This document shows positions 19,313 through 30,245 of a stretch of 64,000 bases of DNA, piece after piece. This DNA is from Candidatus Poribacteria bacterium (GTDB taxonomy: Bacteria > Poribacteria > WGA-4E > JAJDTR01), in contig CBDCTK010000002.1 in assembly GCA_965222225.1 (NCBI GenBank), positions 576,001 to 640,000 on the forward strand, given 5' to 3'. Each line of letters begins with the position of its first letter. Position 1 is the first letter of the stretch. The notes under the pieces were generated by a model. It was not told where the DNA came from and ran no database searches. It saw only the letters and a program-made list of their open reading frames with translations. A program made the position numbers and the translations under genes.

Positions 19313-22300
19313 CTACTTTAAGACTAGCATTCGGCGAATGGCATTATACACACCGACTTGGATTTGGTAGAAATAGACGCCCGAAGCAACTTGCTCGTTA
19401 CGGGTATTCCGTCCGTCCCAGTAGGCAGCACGGGAGCGGTCAAGGTGAAAACCGGCTTCCCGATAACCTATTTCCAGTGTACGGACGAGTCTGCCGTGCG
19501 TGTCGTAGATGTTAATATCCACCTGCCCGCCTTCATTGAGTTGGTAAGGTATCCAAGTCTCAGGATTGAGGGGATTTGGATAGTTCTGCAGCAGTGCGGA
19601 GATGCTCGGCAACCTTCTTGTATTCAATGTTACAGACAGAAACGCCTGGTTTATTTGCTCTACGGTCACAGTGTGGACAGCTGGATTGGAAACTAGATTT
19701 CCCACGTCATCGTACCCACTAATCTCAATTAAATCACCGACCTCAACGACGTTACTCCGACTCAGATCGGCAAACGTGGCTGCAAAATAACCATTTCGCA
19801 CGTAGTCAGTTGCTGTGGCATCCGTTCGTGTGTTCCGGACGGATACAAGGTAGTTGCCCTCTTCAAAATTTCCGCTGACAACAAATCCCCATGCACCTGA
19901 CAATTGAGGACTAACAGGGGCAGACGGTGCAGTGGAAGGTAGGTTTGCCAAGGAGCTCCAACGAATACTGCCTCTTTATACTGGGTAACGTTGACAATGT
20001 ATCCCTTACCGCCGTCAATAGAAAATCCATCATCGGGTGCGTCTGCCGTATATCCTACGAATTGCTGGGTGTCGGAGTCAAGATGGATAACTGTGGTTGC
20101 GCCGAGTTCTGCCATTAACGAGCGGGCCGAATATGGAATCACCGGCATCAGGGGTAAGGAGTTCATATTTAGCCCCGGTTTCAGTGTGGTGAAGAAAACA
20201 TGACTGAAATCCTCTTCTGATGGAGAATCAATCTGATAGATAGTGGTAGTTCCACTGACTTCGTTGCCTACAACCAACAGAGGCTGGTGAGTTGGGCTGT
20301 GCTGTGCATTGATGAACAGCAGCCCCTCGGGACCAATGTCGCCAGCAGTACCCGCTTCGGCAGCCCCCGCAAAGTTGCGGGTGTAGAGATACTGTACGAA
20401 TTCCGGCGCATATGGCGCAGTTACATCGTAGACGATTATTCCACCAACACGCTCGAATCCGATGAATGCGTACATACGTCCGTTAATCTGACCAACAGTG
20501 ACACCTTCGGGCTCGGGGCCCTTGTCATCGCTGCGGTTGTCGAAAGACTCGATTTCATCGTTTGTCGAGTTGAAATCTTCCGGCAGCAGTTGTGCCGTAA
20601 TTTGTTCAAAATCATCGCCGCTATCAAACACTAGCTCGCCATCGGCGGTCCAGATTGAAAACGAACGAGCACCGTAGTTGAAGATGATGTCGTGCTGTCC
20701 GTCACCGTCGGTGTCGCCGCTGGTGGTTGTAGTTTTTAGGCGGCCAAGATTTTCGTCGGCCTGTAGGAGGTCCGGGTTTAGAAATACCTCGGAATTAAGC
20801 GACAAGTCTGCGACGCGAGTTTCTTCACTAAAACATTCGTAGTCTCTTGCGTCTCCTTCATTTGCGGTTATCAAGAACGTCTGACCCGTGCTCTGAAAGT
20901 GTGCAATGGCATCTGGTTGATACAGTCCGCGAACGGGCCAATGAGCGATATTGATTCCGCCATCTTGATTGCTCGCGTCAAGACCGTTCGATCGCAGTCA
21001 AATTAGTCCAAGGATGGGCGATTGGGCGTTAGGGTTGTCATTTAACAATCCTGTGGCAGGATCAAAGCCGCCTTCAAGACCGAAATCGTTGTCGTTCAAA
21101 ACGACAAGTGTATTTTCATCAATCAGAGCCAGTCCCTCCGGTTTGTCGGCGAAATCGTATCCAGATTCTGCCAGATCGACTACGAGGGTTTTCGCCACGG
21201 GCACAACGCCAATGTCTGCAAGTTCGGTTTCCGTCAAGGATTCAAGCGCGGTATCGCCAGCCAGTCCGTGAACATTGGTGGCTCCCGTCATGTTGATTTG
21301 GAAAATCTTCTTTTGAGAGCCGGGACCTATTGCCGAATCGCGTTCAATAACTAGAATATTGTTCTCGTTCAGCGCGACTGCATCCCCAATTTTGTCACTT
21401 CCGTTGCCCTCTAACATGTAAAGATATTGACCTACGCTCTCTACGCGCGCCGTGTCGAAGGCAAGAATACGAATGCTCTGCCCAGCTTTCGAATTGGCGT
21501 CGGTAGGAATGTCGGGGTTGTCAATTGGACTCTGGATAAAGGCGTAGAGCATCCCATCCCAATAAGCAACGGCTTCAAAGCCGCGGTTCGCTCGACGCTG
21601 TGCAAAAATGGCTGGAATTGCTTCTACACCGACAATGACCTCCGTGGCATTCGATCCCTCCGGAACGTACCGATTAATCAGGACGCCGTTTGGGTCGAAG
21701 TGGTATATTGCCGGGCGATATTCATCTACTATCCAATAGGTCCCATCATTCGCACGCACGATTCCTTCCATATCGGCGCCATAGGCATCTCGCCTCATTG
21801 CGTTTCCGAACAGATCTATGGGGACTTCGTCAGCATGGGCTAGTCCCTCTGCTCCGTCAAGATTTGGCAAACCGCTGATTGGTGTTCCATCAGATTGAAC
21901 TAGACCTACCCGGTCCGTAATAGCAACCTGACCCGTATGAACCGAAAGTTCAAATCGCAGCCACTGGGCTTGGTAGTCCGGCAGCGGAAAGGGACGTTCC
22001 TTCATGCCATCGTCATCGGTGTCAATCGGATCTGCATTAGGACCTCGGTCCGGATGGGTAATGAATTGCAGATTTCCGTTTTGTGGGTTGACTCCTTCAA
22101 AGAAGAGGCCAGAAAACCCACCTATGCGAATCTCTTGTCCTGCGTCAGTAACGCCTAGGATTGGCAGATTTTCAAAGGCAAAGGTGCGAAGTTGAGCTAT
22201 GTCTAGCGCATAATTCTTTGATCCGAGTGGAAGGATTTCGGTAATTGATGCAGTGAAAATATCTAAAACAGCAACAGCGTTGTTTTCCTGAAGGGTTATC

Positions 22301-23015
22301 CATGCCGTGAGGGAATTATCTGCAACCGTGATATACTCCGGTTCTAAGTCCTGCGCGACAGTTGCGTCGGGGCCATAAATCCTGATGTCCGGGTGGAGCG
22401 AATCTCGCGTAAACGCGGAAAATCCGCCGTGCGAACATCGGATTGGGTGAGGTTCGCTACACCACGCGAGATGTCAATCACGCTAACAGAGCCTTCCGGA
22501 TCATTTGAATCACCGGGAAGGCAGTAGCCGCTGGGTTCGCCTTCATTTGCCACTAGCACATATCGACCGTTCGGCGTGAACGTCACCATATCTGGTAATG
22601 CGCCGACCGTGACAATGTTCAGGAAACTGCCATCGGTGTTGAAGAATGCAACGGATCCGGGTGTCTGCTTTGGATCTGCCTCAACCGCAATCGCTAAAAT
22701 CTCTTCATGGACTGCAACGCTATTCGCGGCGGCTCCGTAAGAACTAACATCAATCTGAAATAGGCGCGCTGGATTTGCAGGATTTTGGATATCAAGGACG
22801 TCAATCTGACCGATAGCGGCATTGACAACAAATAAACGCTGTGTCCGCCGGTCATGCGCGATAATCTCGGCCGCACTATCGTCGAAAATTCCTGAGTCAT
22901 AGGTGCCGATTGCTTTTAATTTAATCTGGCAAAGTGCCGGTAATTCCATGCAAATCAGTGTAACGATTGCCATGGCTATGATAAGTGGGAATTGAGTTTT
23001 ACGTAATAAAATCAT
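19313..23015 (-). pseudogene. Large secreted alkaline-phosphatase/phytase-like protein (choice-of-anchor I + phytase-like esterase + C-terminal secretion domain), three lesions
   Basis: SAAEI, VGALPDMVTFTPNG, ANEGEP, QDLEPEY, LQENNA; phytase-like PDRGPN, DEYRP, NRGFEA, IERD, DKPEG, NDNDF; then DASNQDG, YQPDAI, TANEGDARD, DNRSDDKGPEPEG. Frameshift near 22420, in-frame TGA at 20998-21000, frameshift near 19948. Confidence 0.85.
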
Positions 23016-23215
23016 GAGGTTGACTACTGTTTGTCTAGGGCTTTATTTCACATGCCTCCGATGTAATTGCTATTGGACGTCAAAACCGAGGTCTTATATC
23101 CAGTGTCTATTGGCTCAGTCCCCTTGGTCTGTCAATGTCGACACCAAACGACATCAGTTAGAACATCTGAGAGTCTCCGTCCCGATAAAAGACGGAGGAA
23201 CTCCCACATGGCAAT

Positions 23216-23270
23216 AATATACCGTCCAAATGTTACAAAGGTTTGAAGATTGCATGGCAAATTGATGACA
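23216..23270 (-). promoter_or_regulatory. Pho-box-like promoter C (upstream of the phosphatase/phoX genes)
   Basis: Minus strand TGTCATC-n4-TGCCATG-n4-CTTCAAA-n4-TGTAACA-n9-TATATT. Confidence 0.7.
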
Positions 23271-23904
23271 TCTTCATGCAGGTTTGTTGAAGACCAACGC
23301 CCGACATACAGGGTCAATAGGTTTTCGGTTGGTTCAAATAGGAAGAACGAGGAGCGTGAGAAGATTTCATGTATGTGCAGTCCATTTTGCATTAAAAAAA
23401 GAGATGAAGTATGTGGCGGGGCGCCCCGTTTCTGAAACTAGGCGAAACAGAAAGTTTTCACCTTCAATCGGAGTGCACACTGCGGGTTTAACTGCAACCA
23501 AAGGAACCATCGCATACAAATCGGAGCGATGAAGGATGTTTCGCAAAACTCGAGGATCGTGTAATTTTCACAGTGGTTACAACCCTTGAGCATGAATGCA
23601 CACAGATAGTACACATTCGATATATTCTCCAGCCTTGTGGCTGAGTAAATCAAGGCGAGCCTTCGCTGTCTGATGGATACCGGTTTAAGAAAAATGCGTA
23701 TATCTAAATCAGTTTACGAAATTAAGGGCAACTGAGATCGAGTGGAAGATTATTGGAGGGATTGCCATATACGACAACAGATTTTTAAAATGGCGAATAT
23801 ATTTTCAGGTACATTGCGGACAATGCAGTCAAGCAATTTATGGCGAGCACCTGACCGAGGTTGCGATTACTCAGTAGTCGGAGAAGTTAATGAGGTCCTT
23901 TTCC

Positions 23905-25017
23905 CTAACTAGATGTGGAATCAAACTCCAATCCAACTCGAATAGCGCTGCCCTCGCTGGCAAACTCAAAGGCTTCGTTAATCTGGTTGAAGGGGAAAGT
24001 GTGGGAAATAATCTTATGGTAAGGATATTTATCTTTGGTGCGACTTAGGAAGTCAAGTGCGCGGCGGATAACCCATGGCTCGTAGACGATAATTCCCTGA
24101 ATTGCTTTGCTGCAGCGAACTACATTGCCCGGATCGATTTCCGTGGGTTGCTCCAGATTTATGTTTCCAATCCATAGGTAGCGTCCACCCCACCTTAGCA
24201 TTTCGATGCCTTCAGACAGCACCTTGGGGGAACCAACAAATTCGGCAATAACATCTGCGCCAGTTCCTCGTGTGTGATCGAGTACATACGCCACTCGGTC
24301 CGCGACAGAGAGCTCGTCAACATTGAGCAGATGGTCGGCGCCAAACTCACGGGCAAGTTCCAGACGCGCCGGAAAGCGATCCAAAACAACCACCTGACCT
24401 GCTCCCATTTCCTTTGCGACTGCGACTGCGTATAGCCCCAGACCTCCCGCCCCCTGGATTACCACAGTGTCACCAAGCGTAATTTCGATCTGGTTTAGTC
24501 CGTAAATGACTTGCGACAAAGCGCAGTTGACCGGTGACACCAAAGCATCGGGAAGTTCCGCCGGAACTTTGAAAATCCAGTGTCCAGGCTTCATGTAGTA
24601 GTAGTCCCCATAAGCGCCGTGAAAGTGTGGATGTTGATCGCTTGATACGCCGATCCAGTCTCGATAGCGCTCGGGACATCCCGGTTTTCCGCTTAAACAC
24701 ATCCAACACTGATTGCATGGTTTGAAGTAGGAATAGGCGATGCGATCCCCTTCCTCAAATCGCTCTCCCGTACTGTCGACTTTCACGTTTTTCCCCAATT
24801 GTTCAATGTTACCTACCATTTCATGGCCTAACACTTGCGGAATGCCTTGCGGAATTTTGGAACCGTGACCTCGCCAGATATGCAAATCGGAACCGCAGAT
24901 ATTCGCCATGCGAATCTTCACAAGAAGATCGTCATCCGCGACGGACGGAACTGGATACTCACGGAATTCCAGCGGTACATTAGGTTGGGTAAAAACAGAG
25001 ACATTCCCGGTTTTCAT
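23905..25017 (-). CDS. Zn-dependent medium-chain alcohol dehydrogenase
   Basis: ICGSDLH, LGHE, CxxCxxC...C and GAGGLG motifs. Confidence 0.9.
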   Translation of the reverse strand: MKTGNVSVFTQPNVPLEFREYPVPSVADDDLLVKIRMANICGSDLHIWRGHGSKIPQGIPQVLGHEMVGNIEQLGKNVKVDSTGERFEEGDRIAYSYFKPCNQCWMCLSGKPGCPERYRDWIGVSSDQHPHFHGAYGDYYYMKPGHWIFKVPAELPDALVSPVNCALSQVIYGLNQIEITLGDTVVIQGAGGLGLYAVAVAKEMGAGQVVVLDRFPARLELAREFGADHLLNVDELSVADRVAYVLDHTRGTGADVIAEFVGSPKVLSEGIEMLRWGGRYLWIGNINLEQPTEIDPGNVVRCSKAIQGIIVYEPWVIRRALDFLSRTKDKYPYHKIISHTFPFNQINEAFEFASEGSAIRVGLEFDSTSS

Positions 25018-25081
25018 TGCACAATTCTCCTAAAAGGTTTAATGATTGATTAGTATAGATGTTTTCGTATGGACGAGCATA

Positions 25082-25489
25082 CTATTCGGCATATTCGTCG
25101 AAATTAACGACCTTCCATCGTCCATCAATTAATTCGGTGAAAATGATAACATTTCGGACCGGACTTGATGATGCGGTGTTCTTGATAGTCAATCGGTAAT
25201 TAAAAAAGACCATGTTTTCGTCATCGTTTTTCTGAGCGAGCTTCTCAAAGATGATTTCCGGCATCTCGGCCGGAAGTTCGCCCTGACGGCGTGCGCCTCG
25301 CACAAGTGCAATTTCGTCCTTCAGTTTTTCCGCGGCGAGCGAGTAACTCAGGCGCAACGCAGCTTCCTGATTAGCGCGCTGATAGTAGTTGTGAATAAAA
25401 TCTCCAGCAACGTTCTCTGGCGCGTTTCGATCCGAGCACGCCGAAACGAAGAAAAAGAGGCATAATGCAATGGTTCGCTGCTTTCTCAC
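25082..25489 (-). CDS. Hypothetical lipoprotein (NTF2-like appearance)
   Basis: Lipobox VSAC; PENVAGDF...DGRWKVV pattern. Confidence 0.7.
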   Translation of the reverse strand: MRKQRTIALCLFFFVSACSDRNAPENVAGDFIHNYYQRANQEAALRLSYSLAAEKLKDEIALVRGARRQGELPAEMPEIIFEKLAQKNDDENMVFFNYRLTIKNTASSSPVRNVIIFTELIDGRWKVVNFDEYAE

Positions 25490-25548
25490 GAAGATGCCTT
25501 TCTACTATTTTGACGAATACTTTAGTGCCTTGCGGTTCGTCATTACGC

Positions 25549-25598
25549 TTGACTCAATTTCGGGACATAAGTATAATGCCAAGATTGAATTGTGTCAA
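25549..25598. promoter_or_regulatory. Bidirectional sigma70 promoter pair with overlapping -10 elements
   Basis: Plus strand TTGACT(25549)-N17-TATAAT(25572); minus strand TTGACA(25598)-N17-TATACT(25575). Confidence 0.65.
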
Positions 25599-25783
25599 TA
25601 ACTGATTATAATGCGCCAAGTGCCCTCTGAAAAGACAAATCCGTGAACCTAGTTTCTAACTTCTCGCTGACCAATATGTCGTTAAGCCCTGCCAATCGAG
25701 ACATCAGTACCGATTCCCCAATGAATTCATTATCTGTTCGCCAAAATCCCTAGGGCATCTAGACTGTTGGGAAAGGAGCATTT

Positions 25784-25906
25784 ATGTCTACCAACCAGTA
25801 GTTGCGGAAGTATGCATGGCTTGGGTTAATGTTGATAGCATGGATTTTGGGATGTGACGACTGTGGCAATGAACGAACTCCAGAAATGGATCGTACAGCT
25901 ACCTAA
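25784..25906 (+). pseudogene. Remnant of a lipoprotein gene
   Basis: AAGGAG RBS, then MSTNQ*LRKYAWLGLMLIAWILGCDDCGNERTPEMDRTAT*: a lipobox signal peptide with an internal TAG. Confidence 0.45.
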
Positions 25907-26639
25907 TCTAGTCAAACTTCCGAAGTCAAACGTGCCTTCAGATCGCTGCGTGAGCCCCAAGAGGTTCTTGCCGAAGGACGGGTGGGATCGATTCAGAGGG
26001 ACGTTTATTTCTAGGAAGGCAACCCTAGGTGTCGGAAATACCAGTTATTCTAGACAAGCATATTTGCGGTAAAACAAGCGGAATATTTTGTAAGTTCCGA
26101 CCAAGACCGAATCCAAAAAACCCTCATTTCACTGTTGAGAATACTCAAAGAGTTGCCGGCAGTGGTCGTTCAAACAATCGAATTGTACCACAGACTCAGA
26201 AGCAGCTCACGCGAAATTCCTACGGTATGAAAACTAGGCTGCACAGTAAAAATTTCTTTGACAAGAAGCTGAAAAAGGATACAGATTGTATTGCTTTCTT
26301 CTAAAGATAATGTCTTTCTATACGCATAAGCGGTGGATATAAACCGAGAGCACTGGTTAGATAGATCTCTGTATTGAGGGTACGGTGTTGGAAAAGCGGC
26401 TGTTCAAAGGGCAAGATATGCCTCGAAAGCTGTCCGTATCTGGACTCAAATGTTTGAGTTCATTGCACGCCATCGGGAATCAGCCGTAATCGCAAAAATT
26501 TAGTCCGAAGGATTGAAAAAAGTCTTGATTGAATTCCAGTATTTTGATAAACTAAGTGCCCCATTCCGAAGAAGAGAGAAGCGCGTCAGTGAAGAAATCC
26601 CAGTGGCGTTAATGACCATAATTTTCAAGGAAAGCAAGT

Positions 26640-27803
26640 ATGAATCACTCGGATGCGGCTAGTAATAAAGTTTCGTCCCAATCTGAGCCTAACGAAGGAT
26701 TCCGAGATCCCCAATCGGTTCAACTATCACAAGGCGTTGCGACTTCGGCAACGCGTGCGGTGTCAAGTTCAGGATTGAATCCCGCCCTAACGTTAAGGCG
26801 ATTTGTTGTTGGCGAAAGTAATCGGACCGCTTACGAAATAGCAATGGATACCATTAACGGAACGGGTGATTTGGAAGGACCAATGCTTGTTTTTGGTGGA
26901 GTGGGACTCGGAAAAACTCATCTTCTGCATGCCATCGGGAATCAATTCCGCGAGAAACATCCGAATAAAACAGTATTTTGTGTGCCATCCGAGCGATTTG
27001 CCCGCGAATGTATTCAATCAATAGATTACCCGCACAAATATTCTGCATTGCGGCGACGGTATTACAATATTGACCTCCTGTTAATAGATGATCTTCATTT
27101 CTTAACCCAGGAGCAAAGAGTTCAGGAGGAATTTGTCGATTTATTAAGTCATTTAACATCACAGAATCGTAGGCTCGTATGTACCTGCGACCGCCCCCCC
27201 GGTTTCTTGACATCTTATCTGGCGATTGATAATGATTTTCACGAGAGCCCCCATGTCGAAATCCACCCACCCGAATTCGATTTGCGTGTTTCTATTCTTA
27301 AACAGAAGCTTAAGGAGCGAAATTGGGGGCCGGCACCTCCACGAGTGATACGTTACATTGCAAAACACCTGACTGGACATGTCCGAGAACTTGAGGGTTG
27401 CCTGAACCGCCTAATGGCAGAGGCACGACTCGGTTCCGACCTTAACTTGGAAGTTGCCAGCCGTGTTATAGAAGGGGGACATCCAAGTTCAAATCCGCCA
27501 CTCCATATCAGCCTTGAAAGGATTCAAGAGGCTGTTTCACGCTATTTTCATATTACTTCGTCCGAGTTATGTTCGAGAAGGCGAGGTAAGCGGTATGTGC
27601 TTCCTCGGCAGATAGCAATGTATCTCGCGCGCCAATTAACAACCCTCTCTCAAAAACAGATAAGCCAAGGTTTCGGGTATAGCCATCATACAACAGTTGT
27701 TCATAGTTTCCAACGCATTGAATCGCTTCTTGGCGAGGATTTCTTGCTCAGCCAGTCTATTGCTGCAATAAAAGCCGAATTGACCCGCAGTGCTCCAAGT
27801 TGA
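26640..27803 (+). CDS. DnaA-like replication initiator paralog (domains III-IV only)
   Basis: FVVGESN, GGVGLGKTHLLHAIGN, DLLLIDD, VRELEG, PRQIAMYLAR and HTTVVH motifs. No domain I; no dnaN adjacent. Confidence 0.85.
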   Translation: MNHSDAASNKVSSQSEPNEGFRDPQSVQLSQGVATSATRAVSSSGLNPALTLRRFVVGESNRTAYEIAMDTINGTGDLEGPMLVFGGVGLGKTHLLHAIGNQFREKHPNKTVFCVPSERFARECIQSIDYPHKYSALRRRYYNIDLLLIDDLHFLTQEQRVQEEFVDLLSHLTSQNRRLVCTCDRPPGFLTSYLAIDNDFHESPHVEIHPPEFDLRVSILKQKLKERNWGPAPPRVIRYIAKHLTGHVRELEGCLNRLMAEARLGSDLNLEVASRVIEGGHPSSNPPLHISLERIQEAVSRYFHITSSELCSRRRGKRYVLPRQIAMYLARQLTTLSQKQISQGFGYSHHTTVVHSFQRIESLLGEDFLLSQSIAAIKAELTRSAPS

Positions 27804-28066
27804 ACTGAAGGGAAGCATTCAAACGAATGCTGTTTTTCGCTTCGATTATTCATTTCTTGCGAGTCACCCCACCCCACATTGGCACGGCAATCTTCACCCC
27901 AAGACGTGTTCGCCATCTTCGAATCCCACATCAGGAATTCATACCAATTCTCACGTAGGAACTAGCCTCGTCTAGATGCCCGTGAGTAAATAGATAAATG
28001 GACAGTTAACAGGAAATCGGGCATACTAGGCTGGAAACAAACCACAAAGATTATAGGAGATAGGAT

Positions 28067-29476
28067 ATGAAACCGAAGACGATGTTTGAAAAAATATGGA
28101 ACGATCACGTTGTTCGGGAGATGCCAAATGAGGCAACTGTGCTATATATTGACGCTCACCTCATCCATGAGGTCACCACACCTCAGGCATTTGAAGGACT
28201 GCGGCTCGCGGAACGAACGTTACGGCATCCGGAATTCACGGTCGCAACCATGGATCATAATGTCCCAACAACGGATAGAACTCTTCCCATTAAAGATCAA
28301 ATAGCTGTAAAACAGATGGAGACACTGGCTAAGAACTGCGAAGAATTTGGCATTACATTGTACGATATTGATAGTCCCGAACAGGGCATCGTTCACGTTA
28401 TTGGGCCTGAACTTGGCATCACCCAGCCGGGAAAGACAATATGTTGTGGTGACAGCCATACTTCAACGCATGGTGCTATGGGCGCCTTTGCCCTCGGAAT
28501 AGGCACAAGCGAAGTTGAACATGTGCTCGCCACTCAGTGTCTCTTGTACTACAAACCGGAGACTTTCGAGATTCGAGTTGATGGCGAACTGCCGCGCGGT
28601 GTGAGCGCTAAGGATATCATACTATCAATTATCCGTCGAATTGGTACGGATGGTGGTACCGGCACAGTGATTGAGTACACCGGTTCGACAATATCAGGTC
28701 TAAGTATTGAGGAGCGGATGACCGTATGCAATATGTCCATTGAGGCTGGTGCGCGAGCGGGGCTAATTGCCCCGGACGACGAGACCTATGAATATCTGGC
28801 AAATCGCCAGTTTAGCCCGAAGGGACAGGATTTTGACAGAGCTGTGAAAAAATGGCGAGAACTACCAACGGATAAAGGCGCGATCTACGAAAAGTCGCTC
28901 CAGATTGACGCACAATCGCTGGCACCACAGGTAACGTGGGGTACGAATCCCGCCATGGGGGCTGATGTGACAGATGTTATTCCGGCCCCGGAGGAGATAC
29001 CGACCGACGATGCCAAAAGGGCAACGGAGCGTGCGCTGGAGTACATGGGACTCACTCCAGGAACTAAGATTACCGATGTTGAGATAGATAAGGTATTCAT
29101 CGGAAGTTGCACGAACTCCCGCATCAGTGACCTTCGTGCAGCCGCGGAGATTGCAAAGGGGCGTAAGGTCGCGGAAACGGTGAATGCCCTAGTTGTTCCT
29201 GGATCCGCAAGCGTTAAGCGTCAAGCCGAAGCGGAAGGATTAGACGAAATCTTTCGCGCGGCCGGGTTTGAGTGGCGCGAGGCAGGCTGTAGCATGTGTC
29301 TAGGAATGAATCCAGATATCCTACTGCCGGGTCAGCGGTGCGCTAGCACTTCTAACCGAAATTTTGAGGGTAGGCAAGGAAAAGGCGGACGCACACATCT
29401 CGTAAGCCCACAGATGGCGGCAGCAGCGGCGATTGCCGGGCATTTTGTTGACATTCGAGAGTGGGAATCAAACTGA
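28067..29476 (+). CDS. leuC: 3-isopropylmalate dehydratase large subunit
   Basis: [25 protein letters not shown] and [12 protein letters not shown] motifs. Confidence 0.97.
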   Translation: MKPKTMFEKIWNDHVVREMPNEATVLYIDAHLIHEVTTPQAFEGLRLAERTLRHPEFTVATMDHNVPTTDRTLPIKDQIAVKQMETLAKNCEEFGITLYDIDSPEQGIVHVIGPELGITQPGKTICCGDSHTSTHGAMGAFALGIGTSEVEHVLATQCLLYYKPETFEIRVDGELPRGVSAKDIILSIIRRIGTDGGTGTVIEYTGSTISGLSIEERMTVCNMSIEAGARAGLIAPDDETYEYLANRQFSPKGQDFDRAVKKWRELPTDKGAIYEKSLQIDAQSLAPQVTWGTNPAMGADVTDVIPAPEEIPTDDAKRATERALEYMGLTPGTKITDVEIDKVFIGSCTNSRISDLRAAAEIAKGRKVAETVNALVVPGSASVKRQAEAEGLDEIFRAAGFEWREAGCSMCLGMNPDILLPGQRCASTSNRNFEGRQGKGGRTHLVSPQMAAAAAIAGHFVDIREWESN

Positions 29477-29569
29477 ATGTTTGACGTGTGATGACTATTT
29501 CGCACCAAAGAGAAGAATCCACAGAAGTCTCCGAAAGAGGTTTCTTGGATATTGAGGAGAGAACTTGGA

Positions 29570-30190
29570 ATGGAAGCATTCAAGAAACATACTGGTCTTG
29601 CTGCACCACTGAATCGGATTAACGTAGACACCGATCAGGTTATTCCAAAACAATTTCTCAAAGGCATTGAGAGAACCGGTTTTGAAAATTTCCTCTTTTA
29701 CGATTGGCGTTTCCTTGACAACGGAGCCCCCAATCCAGAGTTTGTCCTAAATGCTCCGCGTTATCAATCAGCGAGCATCCTCGTTGCCGGAGCTAATTTC
29801 GGTTGTGGCAGTTCTCGGGAGCATGCGCCTTGGGCGCTACAGCAGTATGGTTTCAAAGTAATTATCGCGCCCTCATTTGCGGATATTTTCCGCGGGAATT
29901 CCTTTAAGAATGGACTTCTGCCCCTGACCTTGCCGACGGATATTGTCGCAGACATAATCGCGCAAATCGAAGCTCAAGAAGGTTATACGCTGACTATCGA
30001 TTTGGAATCACAGACAGTGACCCAACCCAATGGAGCCTCTCATGCGTTCGAGATTGGTGAGTTTCAAAAGCAGTGTCTATTGAACGGGTTGGATGAAATC
30101 GGTTGGACGTTACAGTTTGAAGCGGAAATTTCGGCTTACGAGAGCAATAGAGAGATTCGACGGTTGCTAACAAGCAATCAACAATTGTAA
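29570..30190 (+). CDS. leuD: 3-isopropylmalate dehydratase small subunit
   Basis: [28 protein letters not shown]; ATG 29570 follows GAGGAG. Confidence 0.97.
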   Translation: MEAFKKHTGLAAPLNRINVDTDQVIPKQFLKGIERTGFENFLFYDWRFLDNGAPNPEFVLNAPRYQSASILVAGANFGCGSSREHAPWALQQYGFKVIIAPSFADIFRGNSFKNGLLPLTLPTDIVADIIAQIEAQEGYTLTIDLESQTVTQPNGASHAFEIGEFQKQCLLNGLDEIGWTLQFEAEISAYESNREIRRLLTSNQQL

Positions 30191-30200
30191 TGGTAAATAG

Positions 30201-30245
30201 AGGCGTTTGTTTGGGGGTGAAATGTCCCCGAACGGACGCCTTTAT
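30201..30245 (+). terminator. Intrinsic terminator after leuD
   Basis: AGGCGTTTGTTTGGGG / CCCCGAACGGACGCCT stem followed by a T-tract. Confidence 0.75.

Noticed and set aside
25600-26639. oriC upstream of the dnaA-like gene
   Set aside because: No cluster of TTATCCACA-like boxes was seen by eye and there is no dnaN/gyrB context. An Ori-Finder or GC-skew analysis would be needed.
27804-28066. Leucine attenuator before leuC
   Set aside because: No Leu-rich uORF or terminator was found. A TGGACA-N17-CATACT promoter candidate lies about 40 nt from the ATG.
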